From the NCBI GenBank assembly GCA_038087875.1, contig CM075994.1, forward strand, positions 310,001-374,000: DNA of 64,000 bases, given 5' to 3'. Both the position numbers and the translations under genes were made by a program. Source of the stretch: Malacoraja senta (Eukaryota). This document shows, in pieces, positions 12,470 to 24,800 of this stretch. Below the pieces are notes generated by a model. The model searched no databases and had not been told where the DNA came from. It saw nothing but the letters and a program-made list of their open reading frames with translations. Positions within the stretch are counted from its first letter, which is position 1; each line of letters starts with the position of its first letter.

Positions 12470-13215
12470 CAAGAGTGTTTTATTGTCATATGTCCTGGAC
12501 AGGACAATGAAATTCTTACTTGCTGCAGCACTATGTGAAAAAGGAAACTTTATATGTAATGGGGGAAAAAAAGAAAAAGTTCAATGAATAACAAATATAG
12601 TGCAAATAACAAATAATAATATAGTCTTTTGCAGTTCAGTGCTCAGAGCTTATTCGTTGTGTTTAATAGCCTGATGGCTGTGGGGAAGCAGCTGTTCCTG
12701 AACCTGGATGTTACAGTCTTCAGGCTCCTGTACCTTCTTCCTGATGGCAGAGGAGAGATAAGTGTGTGGCCAGGATGGTGTGGGTCCTTGAATATTTTGG
12801 CTGCCTTTTTGAGGCAGCGACTACGATAGATTCCTTCGACGGTGGGGAGGTCAAAGCCAGTGATGGACTGGGCAGTGGTCACAACTTTTTGAAGTCTTTT
12901 TTGCTCCTGGACGTTCAAGTTGCCGAACCGGGCCGCGATGCAAATAGTCAGAATGCTCTCTACCGTGCACTTGTAGAAGTTTAGGAGAATCCTCTTTGAC
13001 ATGCTGAATCTTCGTAATCTTCTCAGGAAGTAGAGTCACTGATGTGCATTCTTTACAATTGCATCGGCGTGCTGGGTCCAGGAAAGGTCTTCTGTTATAT
13101 GCACGCCACAGGAATTTGAAGTTATTGAACCTCTCCACTATTGTCCCGTTGATATAAACAGGATTGTGGGTCTTCATCCTTCCCCTACCAAAGTCCACAA
13201 TCAGTTCCTTGGTCT
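12470..13215 (-). mobile_element. Rex1-like LINE 3' fragment
   Basis: ORF 12643..13002; same family as 2380-3065. Confidence 0.85.
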
Positions 13216-14779
13216 GTAATATAATAATGTATGCATGTTGGTAGGTGCAATCAAAACAAAGATCTTTTTATCATTGTTGTGTTATGAATACCACATAAAT
13301 TATTATGTACTCTCAAGATCACATTCAATAGAATTAATATTCCTTAAATATATAGTCATTGGACTGCATTTCCGAATAGTCCCAGCTGAGAGGAAGACAG
13401 CAAAATACTGAAAATATTGGGGTGAAAATGACTTCAGGGCAGTTTGTTGGGAAAATGAAGGAAATGGTAACAGAATACATATACAGCTGAGTGAGTATAA
13501 TGTTATGGATGAAAAATTGTGTTCAACCAATTGATGACTTCTTTGACAACGTAACTAGCATGTTAGATAACAAGGAAGCCAATGGAAGCCAATTATACAT
13601 AATTTGGTCTGTGAAGTGCCCCATAAAAGATTACCGCATTAGATAAGCACCTGCAGACTTGAACGTAATACGTTAAGTCCAGGGGGTCAAATTTGAGGCT
13701 TTTTGTGTGCATCAGATATATTGTCAGTGCAGAGGGGCTAGGAGCAAGGCCAATTGTGCATCCAGAGTCAAGGTCTGGAATAGTACTAGGTGTGCAGTCA
13801 AAGCTGGGACAATGCGAGTGTTCAGCACTGGGAACCTGAGCAGGTAAGCAGCTATGATCAGGGTAGAATAGGGGGCCAGGTGTAAGGCTCGATTCAGGGT
13901 CATGAATGAGAGAAGGTATGCAACTGGAGTCAGGGTCAGGAGTGGTACCAGGTGTGCAGTGAGACCCAGGTTGGTCAACATGGGCCAGGTGTTTGATTAT
14001 AATCTGATTTCCATACATGAAGATACTAAGATCATTCATGTGCTGCACCTGTTGATCAGAGCCTGGCTCTAGTGTGGAATGTAATTAGGAATGTAATTTA
14101 GCCTAACCTTATTCATAGCTAATCCAATTTAAAGCATAAATATTGCATTTAAGTGTAAGTTAAAAGACTCGCAACAGTATGCACCAGATTGCACAATTTC
14201 AAACTGAAAAATGCAAAAGCTCCATACCAATGGGAGGGGGGACACCCCTCTCCCACACCCTCTTCCCCCCTCAGTCACTATGCTCCCTCGGGCTTGGTCT
14301 CTCGCAATCTCTCACTCCCAACTCACCCAATGTTCGCAGCCCTGCAGAAGGCAGTGGAAGCCAATTTACTGGAGAGTTGGAGGAGTGGCCAATTCACTGA
14401 AGGAGAGGCCAATTCAAGAGAGAGTTGGATAAAGGTCTTAGGGCTAATGGAATCAAGGGATATGGAGAGAAAGCAGGAACGGGTTACTGATTCTGCATGG
14501 TCATCCATGCTCATAATGAATGGTGGTGCTCGATGGAAGGTATTCCTGCACCTCATTTTTATGATTCTTTGTTTCTATGTTTCTATATCTAGAAATGAAA
14601 AAGTCCCATAAATATTTTTCTATCCAACGGTACACAAACAGCGCCTAAGGCAAGCAGCAGTGGTACACAGGTCTGGGGTAATATACAATTAATGTACAAT
14701 GTGGCCTTACTTGGGCAATGACCTCATATGTAATGGTTTGAAGGTTACCTTGAAGATGATAGAAAATAGCATAAGAAAT

Positions 14780-15510
14780 CAGACACAAAATGCTGGAGTA
14801 ACTCAGGCAGCATCTCTGGAGAGAAAGAATGGGTGACGTTTCGGGTCGAGACCATTCTTAAAACTAGTTAGCAAAAATGGAAATGAGTGGTATAAATGAG
14901 GGTGTTGAGAGAGAGAACAATGAATGAAAGATATGCAAAAAAGTAATGATCATAAAGGGGGACAGGCCATTGTTAGCTGTTGGTTAGGTGAAAACGAGAA
15001 GCTAGTGCGACTTGGGTGGGGGAGGGATGGAGTGAGAGTGAATGCTGGGGTTTATTTGAAGTTAGAGAAATCAACAATTAGGCTGAAAGCCGCCCAAGCG
15101 TAATATCAAGTTCAAGTTTGCGTTTATTCTCACTTAACCAACTAAGGTACAGTAAAATTTGAGTTACCGTTCAGCCACAGTAAGCGAAAGCAATGATACA
15201 AATATCAGTTGCTGTTCCTCCAATTTGCGTTTAGCATTGCTCTAACAATGGAGGAGACCAAGGACAGAAAGGTCTGTGTGGGAATGGGAAGGAGAATTAA
15301 AGTGTTTAGCAACCGGTGGATCAGGTTGGTCCAGGCCGACTGAGCAAAGGTGTTGAGTGAAACGATCGCCCAGTCTACGTTTTGTTTAGCTGATGTACAA
15401 GAGTCCTCATCTTGAACAATGGACACAGTAGATAAGATTGGATGAGGTGTAAGTGAAACTCTGAAAACCTGAAAGGAAGAAAAGGTTTAAACCAGCATCT
15501 GCAGGTCCTT
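14780..15510 (-). mobile_element. Decayed Penelope-like element 3' fragment
   Basis: Homologous to the GIY-YIG tail and terminus of 35850-36344. Confidence 0.7.
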
Positions 15511-15869
15511 CCTACAAAATATTTAGAATAGATCATTGTTACCGAGGAGAACATGACAACATAGCATACAGAGATAAAATTTAATCAGTGGACTGTCAGA
15601 CGGGCCAGCGAACTAGGAAGGGGGAGGGGTGGAGAGAGGGAAAGCAAGGATTACAAAGTTAGAGGTCAATATTCAGTATTCAATATAACAGAGGTGGTGA
15701 CACAGCAGTTTTTTTGGGTGCTGCCATTATCATTCGAGGCAACATCACTCGCCTCCCTCGAACGGTTCCATATTTGTTTTTGTGTGTGGACTTGGCCCCG
15801 TGCCATTTGGACTGTCTATGTCTGTGTGGTATTTTGTTTAATTGTTTTGTTTAATTGTAGTGCCTGATG

Positions 15870-16610
15870 TCATGCAGGGTCAGTGTTCTGGGGGATCGGG
15901 GCCTCCCAGGAGCTATGCAAAGGCGGCTGCTTCAGCTGCTTCGGCTGCTCCTCTTGGGGCCCGGTTCCCCATGAAGAACCTGCCTTTGAGCATTGGATAA
16001 GGTGCTACTTCCCTCTCCAGATGACCCTGGAGGACTGCACGGCTGCCATGGCCGTGGCGGCGGCGACCTAGCCCGCAGGCATCCTGTACGTGGGGAAGAT
16101 GTTCGGGAAGGCCATGTTCTTCCTCGAGTCCGTAGAGGGGGTGAACACGGCCGTGAATAAAGGGGTCACAGTGGGGGAATATTTTTACAGGTTGTGCCCT
16201 TGGAGCCCATCGCACAGTGGGTGGTCCTGTCCAACGTCCCACCCTGCATCACAAATGAGGCCCTCCTTCCCCACCTTCACACCCTGGGGAAGGTCCTCGT
16301 GGACATCACCCCAATTTCCCAGGGGTTCCGCAAGAAGGAGCTGCGGCACATTCTTTCCCCCCGGCGCCAGCTGACGATGCTGCTAGACCGGGTGGAGGAA
16401 GTTGACGGGCGCTCCTGTGTCCAGTAGCATGGGCGTAATTTCACCAGCTACTGGATATCGGAGCACCCAAGGTGCCCTGCCTGTAAGGAAGTGGGGGCAT
16501 ATTCAGAGTAATTGCCCCAAATCCTGGATGGAGGCCTCGGCCTCCGGTGCCGCTAACCCCCCAAATCCCCCTCCCCACTCCCCCCACTTCCACCACCCCT
16601 GTAGTTGAGT
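15870..16610 (+). mobile_element. Tx1-type (L1 group) ORF1 remnant
   Basis: GKMFGKAMFFL...PLEPIAQWVVLSNVPPCITNEALL...LRHILSPRRQL, then the zinc knuckle CPACKEVGHIQSNCP; contains stops and frameshifts. Confidence 0.75.
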
Positions 16611-16621
16611 CAGGGAACCTG

Positions 16622-18310
16622 ACAGGTATGTGAAGAGGAAAAAATTAGTTAAGACCAAAGTTGGACCCTTGAAGACCGAAAAAGGTGAATTTATTATGGG
16701 GAACAAGGAAATGGTAGATGTGTTGAACAGGTACTTTGGATCCGTCTTCACTAAGGAGGACACAAACAATCTTCCTGATATAGTAGTGGCCAGAGGATCT
16801 GGGGTGACGGAGGAACTGAAGGAAATCCACATTAGGCAGGAAATGGTATTGAGTAGACTGATGGGATTGAAGGCTTATAAATCCCCAGGGCCTGATGGTG
16901 TGCATCCCAGGGTACTTAAGGAAGTGGCTCTAGAAATCGTGGATGCATTGGTGATAATTTTCCAATGTTCTATAGACTCAGGATCAGTTCCTGTGGATTG
17001 AAGGGTAACTAATGTTATCCCACTTTTTAAGAAAGGCGGGAGAGAGAAAACAGGGAATTGTAGACCAGTTAACCTGACATCGGTGGGGAAGATGCTGGAG
17101 TCAATTATAAAAGATGAAATAGCCGCACATTTGGATAGCAGGAACAGGATCGGCCCGAGTCACCATGGATTTACGAAGGGGAAATCATGCTTGACTAACC
17201 TTCTGGAAATAATTTTGAGGATGTAACTAGGAAAATGGACAAGGGAGAGCCAGTGGATGTAGTGTACCTGGATTTTTAGAAAGCATTTAATAAGGTCCCA
17301 CATATGAGATTAGTGGGCAAAATTAGGGCACATGGTATTGGGGGTAGAGTGCTGACATGGATAGAGAAGTGGTTGGCAGACAGGAAACAAAGAGTAGGGA
17401 TTAACGGGTCCCTTTCAGAATGGCAGGCAGTGACTAGTGGGGTACCGCAAGGCTCGGTGCTGGGACCGCAGCTATTTACAATATACATGAATGATTTGGA
17501 TGAAGGGATTCAAAGTAACATTAGCAAATTTGCAGATGACACAAAGCTGGGTGGCAGTGTGAACTGTGAGGAGGATGCTATGAGAATGCAGGGTGACTTG
17601 GACAGGTTGGGGGAGTGGGCAGATGCATGGCAGATGAAGTTTAATGTGGATAAATGTGAGGTTATCCACTTTGGTATCAGAAACAGGAAGGCAGATTACT
17701 ATTGAAATGGCGTCAAGTTGGGAAAAGGGGAAGTACAACGGGGTCTGGGGGTCCTTGTTCATCAGTCTATGAAAGTAAGCATGCCGGTACAGCAGGCAGT
17801 GAAGAAAGCGAATGGCATGTTGGCCTTTATAACAAGAGGAGTTGAGTATAGGAGCAAAGAGGTCCTTCTGCAGTTGTACAGGGCCCTAGTGAAACCACAC
17901 CTGGAGTATTGTGTGCAGTTTTGCTCCCCTAATTTGAGGAAAGACATTCTTGCTATTGTAGCGTGCAGCGTAGGTTTAATTCCAGGGATGGCGGGTCTGT
18001 CATATGCTGAGAAAATGGATAAGCTGGGCTTGTACACTCTGGAGTTTAGAAGGATGAGAGGGAATCTCATTGAAACATATAAGATTGTTAAGGGTTTGGA
18101 CACGCTAGGGGCAGGAAACTTGTTCCCGATGTTGGGGAAGTCCAGACCCAGGGGCCACAGTTTAAGAATAAGGACAAAGCCATTTAGAACGGAGACGAGG
18201 AAACACTTTTTCCTCACAGAGAGTGGTGAGTCTGTGGAATTCTCTGCCTCAGAGGGCGGTGGAGGCAGGTTCCCAGGATGCTTTGAAGAGAGAGCTAGAT
18301 AAGGCACTTA
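16622..18310 (+). mobile_element. CR1 LINE ORF2 (RT), 5'-truncated
   Basis: KSPGPDGVHPRVLKE, GVPQGSVLGP, FADDTK; several stops and frameshifts. Confidence 0.92.
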
Positions 18311-20365
18311 AAACATAGAAACATAGAAAATAGGTGCAGGAGGATGCCATTCGGCCCCGAGCCAGCACCGCCATTCATTGTGATCATGGCTGATCGTCCC
18401 CTATCAATAACCCGTGCCTGCCTTCTCCCCATATCCCTTGACTCCACTAGCCCCTAGAGCTCTATCTAACTCTCTCTTAAATCCATCCAGTGATTTGGCC
18501 TCCACTGCCCTCTGTGGCAGGGAATTCCATAAATTCACAACTCTCTGGGTGAAAAAGTGTTTTCTCACCTCAGTCTTAAATGACTTCCCCTTTATTCTAA
18601 GACTGCGGCCCTTGGTTCTGGACTCGCCCAACATTGGGAATTTTTTCCCTGCATCTAGCTTGTCCAGTCCTTTTATAATTTTATATGTTTCTATAAGATC
18701 CCCCTCATCCTTCTAAACTCGTGAATACAAGCCTAGTCTTTTCAATCTTTCCTCACATGACTGTCCCGCCATCCCAGGGATCAATCTCCTGAACCTACGC
18801 TGCACCGCCTCAATCACAAGGATGTCCTTCCTCAAATTCGGAGACCAAAACTGTACACAATACTCCAGATGTTGTCTCACCAGAGCCTTATACAACTGCA
18901 GAAGAACCTCTTTACTCCTATACTGAAATCCTCTTGTTATGAAGGCCAACATTCCATTAGCTTTCTTCACTGCCTGCTGTACCTGCACGCCAACTTTCAG
19001 TGACCAGTGTACAAGGACACCCAGGTCTCGCTGCACCTCCCCCTTACCTAACCCCATTGAGATAATAATCTGCCCCCTTGTTTTTGCCACCAAAGTGGAT
19101 AACCTCACATTTATCTATATTATACTGCATCTGCCACGCATCTGCCCACTCACTCAACCTGTCCAGGTCACCCGGCAACCTCCTAACATCCTCTTCACAG
19201 TTCACACTGCCACCCAGCTTTGTGTCATCTGCAAACTTGCTAGTGTTGCTCCTAATTCCCTCTTCCAAATCATTAATATATATGGTAAACAGTTGCGGCC
19301 CCAACACCGATCCTTGCGGCACTCCACTCACCACTGCCTGCCATTCTGAAAAGGACCCATTCACTCTTACTCTTTGCTTCCGGTCTGCCAACCAATTTTC
19401 TATCCATGTCAACACCCTACCCCCAATACCATGTGCTCTAATTTTAGTCACCAGTCTCCCGTGCGGGACCTTATCAAAGGCTTTCTGAAAGTCTAGATAC
19501 ACTACATCCACTGGCACCCCTTCATCCATTTTACTTGTCACATCCTCAAAAAATTCCTGAAGATTAGTCAAGCATGATTTCCCTTTCATAAATCCATGTT
19601 GACTTGGACTAATCCTTTTACTGCTATCCAAATGCCCCATTATTACCTCTTTAATAATTGACTCCAGCATCTTTCCCACCACCGAAGTCAGGCTAACTGG
19701 TCTGTAATTCCCCGTTTTCTCTCTCGCTCCTTTCTTGAAAAGTGGGATGACATTAGCTATCCTCCAATCCAGAGGAACTGATCCTGAATCTATTGAACAT
19801 TGGAAAATGATCACCAATGCGTCCACTATTTCTAGAGCCACCTCCCTGAGGACCCTGGGATGCAGACCATCAGGCCCAGGGGATTTATCATCCTTCAGTC
19901 CCATTAGCCTACCCAATACTATTTCTCGCCTAATGAAAATTTCTTTCAGTTCCTCTACCCCCTTAGATCCTCTGTCCTCCAGTACTTCTGGGAGATTGTT
20001 TGTGTCTTCCTTAGGAAGACAGATCCGAAGTACCTAATCAACCCTTCTGCCATTTCCTTGTTGCCCATAATAATTTCACCCGTGTCTGCCACAGTTGACT
20101 TTGCTACTCTTTTTCCGTTAACATATCTAAAGAAGCTTTTACTGTCCTTCTTTATATTCCTGGCCAGCTTCCCCTCGTACTTCATCTTTTCAGCCCGTAT
20201 TGCCCGTTTTGTTTCCTTCTGTCGTCCTATGAAAGTTTCCCAATCCTCTGGCTTCCGGCTACTCTTTGGTGTGTTATACATCTTTTCTTTTAGTTATATT
20301 CTGACCCTAACTTCTCTTGTCAGCCACGGTTGCCTCCTACTCCCCTTAGAATCTTTCTTCCTTTT
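18311..20365 (-). mobile_element. CR1 LINE ORF2 (RT), tail-to-tail with the preceding copy
   Basis: ORF 19044..19916 has a complete RT core (YLDFQKAFDKV, GVPQGSVLGP, FADDTK); (TTTCTATG)n tail at about 18311-18330. Confidence 0.92.
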
Positions 20366-21812
20366 TGGAGTGGAGTCAGGGGATATGGGGAGAAGGCAGG
20401 AACGGGGTACTGTTGGGGATGATCAACCATGATCACATTGAATGGCGGTGCTGGCTCGAAGGGTCGAATGGCCTACTCCTGCAACTATTGTCTATATTGT
20501 CTACCTTGTGTACCATTTTTGCCCACCTGATTTCCTTGTTTAGCTTCCTCCTTAGTTCTCGAAACTCCTCCAGTGATACACTTGATCCCAGCTGCTTATA
20601 CCTGGCCCAAGCCTCCTTACTCTTGACCAGAGCCTCAATTTCCCTAGTCAGCCAAACTTCCTTCTGCTCACCTGCCTTGCCCTTAACTCCAACAGGAATG
20701 TGCATGTCCTGGACACCTGTCTGCACACTTATAAAAACATCCCACTTTCCTGACATTCCTTTTCCTTCAAACAACCTACTCCAATCAACTTGAGCGAGTC
20801 CCTCTCTCAGACCCTCAAAGTTGGCCTTACCACAATTTAGCATTTAACTTGTGGGCCCTCTCTGTCCCTATCCATAACTATCTTGAACTTAATCGAACAG
20901 TGGTCACTGATCCCAAAAACTCATCCACGAACACATCATCATCTTGCCCGTCCCAATTTCCCAAGACTACCGATAATACAATCATCATAATCATCACAAT
21001 CATACAATACATCATAACAATCAAATCCAAGATGGCAGCACACCTCCTGTCTCTAACTGTGTCTGTTTGTTTTACAAATATGACTGAGTGACTGAGTGAA
21101 TTTTCTGTAAGTCATCTGCGAGCATTATCATTCGAATTATCATTCCGTCGGGAAACCACGGGACGGATTTCTTATAGGACTCTCCCTGCACTAATGTGTG
21201 GCGTCATTGGTTGAGGCGAAATAGTCTGGCTGCTTTTCTCCTCGATTTACGGGATCTCAAAGTACAATGTCGCTGCTCGTGGCTGCTCTTTTCCTATTAA
21301 TTTGGAGCGGCACCAGGGGAAGCCCCCACGGGACTGAAAACTCCTGTCCAGTCAACTTTACACCGGTTTTACCATGCCGGGGGACGTGCGCTTCTGGCAG
21401 TCCGCTGGGCATTAGTTTGTCACCTATGACTCTTCTGCTCCCCGCATCTATGGACTTGGCCCGTCTGGTCAGCTTGATGGCCTTACAAGACAACTTTATT
21501 ATTCCTTCAAGTTGCCTTCGTGACTTTTTTATATTTTTAAAGATTAAAAAAGATCATTTAAGCAAATCTATAAGGTCTGATTATAGGTGTATAATTGTTT
21601 TGTTGCTGCTGATTTCAGGGAATGTTCAACCTAACCCAGGCCCAGGCTCTGCTGAGTCTGCTGTTAATTTTAACACCCTGCTGAATTTGAATCAAGGTCT
21701 GGACTTGGTTTCATCCATTTGAATGTGCGCAGTATGATTGCTAAAATGGATATGATTCGTATCTGGGCTCATTCAACTGATGCTGATGTTATTGTCATAT
21801 CTGAAACTTGGC

Positions 21813-24800
21813 TAAACAAAGCAGTTTTAAACAAGGATATCAACATTGACGGCTACAATGTGTATAGGACTGACCGACCCAAGAAGGGCGGAGGGGTCGC
21901 AGTCTATGTCAAGTCTAAGTTTCATGTGAAGATCCGTCTCTACATCAGTGAGTAAGCAATTTGAACTTCTGGCTCTTGACATGGAAATCTCAAAAACTCT
22001 CCACATCACTGTCGTCGGATGCTATAGGCCACCTTCAGCTATCAGCTGCACCTCACCATCTTTAATGGAGCTTTTATCCGGGTTAAACTTTAATGAAATT
22101 GTCCTTATTGGTGACCTAAACTGGAACTGGCTGCTACCAGCATCAGATGATTTTAAAGCATTTTGTGATTCGTTTAATTTCTTTCAGATTGTTGACAGTC
22201 CTACTAGACCTAATCTGAAATGTCCGGAAAAATCTTCTTTAATTGAACTTATCTTAACTAATGTTCCTCATAAATATTCTGCTGCTTCAGTTTAGGTCAC
22301 CAATAAGGACAATTTCATTAAAGTTCAACCCGGATAAAAGCTCCATTAAAGATGGTAAGGTGCAGCTGATAGCTGAAGGTGGCCTATAGCAACCGACGAC
22401 AGTGATGTGGTTCCGTGTCATCATAAAGCGGGACATGAAACATTTTGTGGAGCAAGCATTTTTTCATGACCTGTTTCTCTTTGGCTGGGCGAAAATTAAT
22501 GTAATTCCTGAGGTTGAAAATGCCTGGAAATTCTTTTATGATGGTTTTTATTGAAATTGTTAACAAGCACGCTCCTTTTAGGAAGTATAGAATAAGGGGC
22601 AGGGTTAATGCATGGTTTACGTCAGAGTTATCCATTTTACTCCATGAGCGCAATGTGGCATGGTCTAAAGCCAGGAGTACTGGTCTTGGATCAGACTGGT
22701 TGCTCTTTAGGCAGCTGCGAAATGCAAGCACAGTTGCAATTAGAAAAGCCAAAGCTGATCATTTCCTTACTGAAACTTCAAATAACCTAAACAATCCGTT
22801 AAAATTCTGGAAAACCATTAAATCAATAACTGGAAATAAAAATGTTATTGAGCTACCTCCATGCATTTTCAAAGACTACCCAAATTTATGAAAAGGCTGA
22901 CATGCTTGGTTGTTTTAATGAGCATTTCATTGCCTCTGGTTCACTTTTCAACTCTCAAAACACAGCTCAAGGCTCCTCTGCTTGCTCTGATAGTAGTTGT
23001 TTTTTTGAGGGACAAGCTTTTACTTTTGATGCTGTTACACTTTCAGAGGTGCATAAGGCCCTGAGATGTTTAGACACAAAAAAATCGGCACGTCCAGACA
23101 ACCTTGAGCCTTACTTCCTAAAGTTAGCCGCTGATTTTATTGCACTGCCTCTGACTTATCTTTTTAATCTATCCCTGGAGACAAACGAAATTCCCCTTAT
23201 TTGGAAATCTGCCTATGTTCTCCCACTGTTAAAAGGGGGGGACCCCACTGTGCTAAACAACTATAGGCCCATCTCCAAACTGTCTGTTTTAATTAAGGTG
23301 CTGGAATCCATTGTAAACCAACAACTGAAGGACTTTTTATCAACTAACAGTATTTTATCTGAATTTCAATCTGGTTTTAGGAAAAAATATAGTACGTCAA
23401 CAGCTGCTTTAAAAGTAGTAAATGATTTTATTGAATTTTTAGACAATAAGCAACACTGTGCAGCCCTTTTCGTTGACCTATCAAAGGCTTTCGATACTGT
23501 GGATCATGCCTTATTGTTACAAAGACTATGCAGCATCGGTTTGTCTGATCAAGCTGTCTGTTGGTTTAAAAACTATCTATCAGGCAGATCCCAGTGTGTG
23601 CGAGCAGAAGGTATTACTTCTAGCTCTCTTAATGTATCCAAGGGTGTGCCACAGGGATCCGTTCTAGGACCTTTATTATTTACTATTTACATTAATAGTC
23701 TAGATCATAAAGCTCCGAACGCAAATTTTCACTTTTATGCTGACGACACAGTGATATATTGCTCTGCGTCTACCCCAAATCAGGCTCTCTGTCAGCTCCA
23801 AACTGCTTTTAACACTGTGCAACGTAACCTGTGTGATTGAAACTTGTTTTAAACAAAGCAGTTTTAAACAAGGATATCAACATTGACGGCTACAATGTGT
23901 ATAGGACTGACCGACCCAAGAAGGGCGGAGGGGTCGCAGTCTATGTCAAGTCTAAGTTTCATGTGAAGATCCGTCTCTACATCAGTGAGTAAGCAATTTG
24001 AACTTCTGGCTCTTGACATGGAAATCTCAAAAACTCTCCACATCACTGTCGTCGGATGCTATAGGCCACCTTCAGCTATCAGCTGCACCTCACCATCTTT
24101 AATGGAGCTTTTATCCGGGTTAAACTTTAATGAAATTGTCCTTATTGGTGACCTAAACTGGAACTGGCTGATACCAGCATCAGATGATTTTAAAGCATTT
24201 TGTGATTCGTTTAATTTCTTTCAGATGGTTGACAGTCCTACTAGACCTAATCTGAAATGTCCGGAATAATCTTCTTTAATTGATCTTATCTTAACTAATG
24301 TTCCTCATAAATATTCTGCTGCTTCAGTTTAGGTCACCAATAAGGACAATTTCATTAAAGTTCAACCCGGATAAAAGCTCCATTAAAGATGGTAAGGTGC
24401 AGCTGATAGCTGAAGGTGGCCTATAGCAACCGACGACAGTGATGTGGTTCCGTGTCATCATAAAGCGGGACATGAAACATTTTGTGGAGCAAGCATTTTT
24501 TCATGACCTGTTTCTCTTTGGCTGGGCGAAAATTAATGTAATTCCTGAGGTTGAAAATGCCTGGAAATTCTTTTATGATGGTTTTTATTGAAATTGTTAA
24601 CAAGCACGCTCCTTTTAGGAAGTATAGAATAAGGGGCAGGGTTAATGCATGGTTTACGTCAGAGTTATCCATTTTACTCCATGAGCGCAATGTGGCATGG
24701 TCTAAAGCCAGGAGTACTGGTCTTGGATCAGACTGGTTGCTCTTTAGGCAGCTGCGAAATGCAAGCACAGTTGCAATTAGAAAAGCCAAAGCTGATCATT

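Larger units (their letters stand above)
9870..14344. mobile_element. Non-autonomous hAT-like TIR transposon with captured genomic cargo
   Basis: TIRs CAGGGCTGCCAAC (9870-9882) and GTTCGCAGCCCTG (14332-14344) match at 12/13. TSD CAGAAG at 9864-9869 and 14345-14350. Removing the element restores the CR1 sequence ctctgccacagaaggcagtgga. Confidence 0.8.

Noticed and set aside
12255..13466. AG/GT-bounded exon-like segments at 12255-12409 and 13318-13466 as TDP2 exons 2 and 3
   Set aside because: No frame resembles TDP2 (no ALNSYF or TWNIDGLD motif) and most frames contain stops; left unassigned.
14591..14680. Possible small exon (EMKKSHKYFSIQRYTNSA*)
   Set aside because: In-frame stop and no recognisable family.
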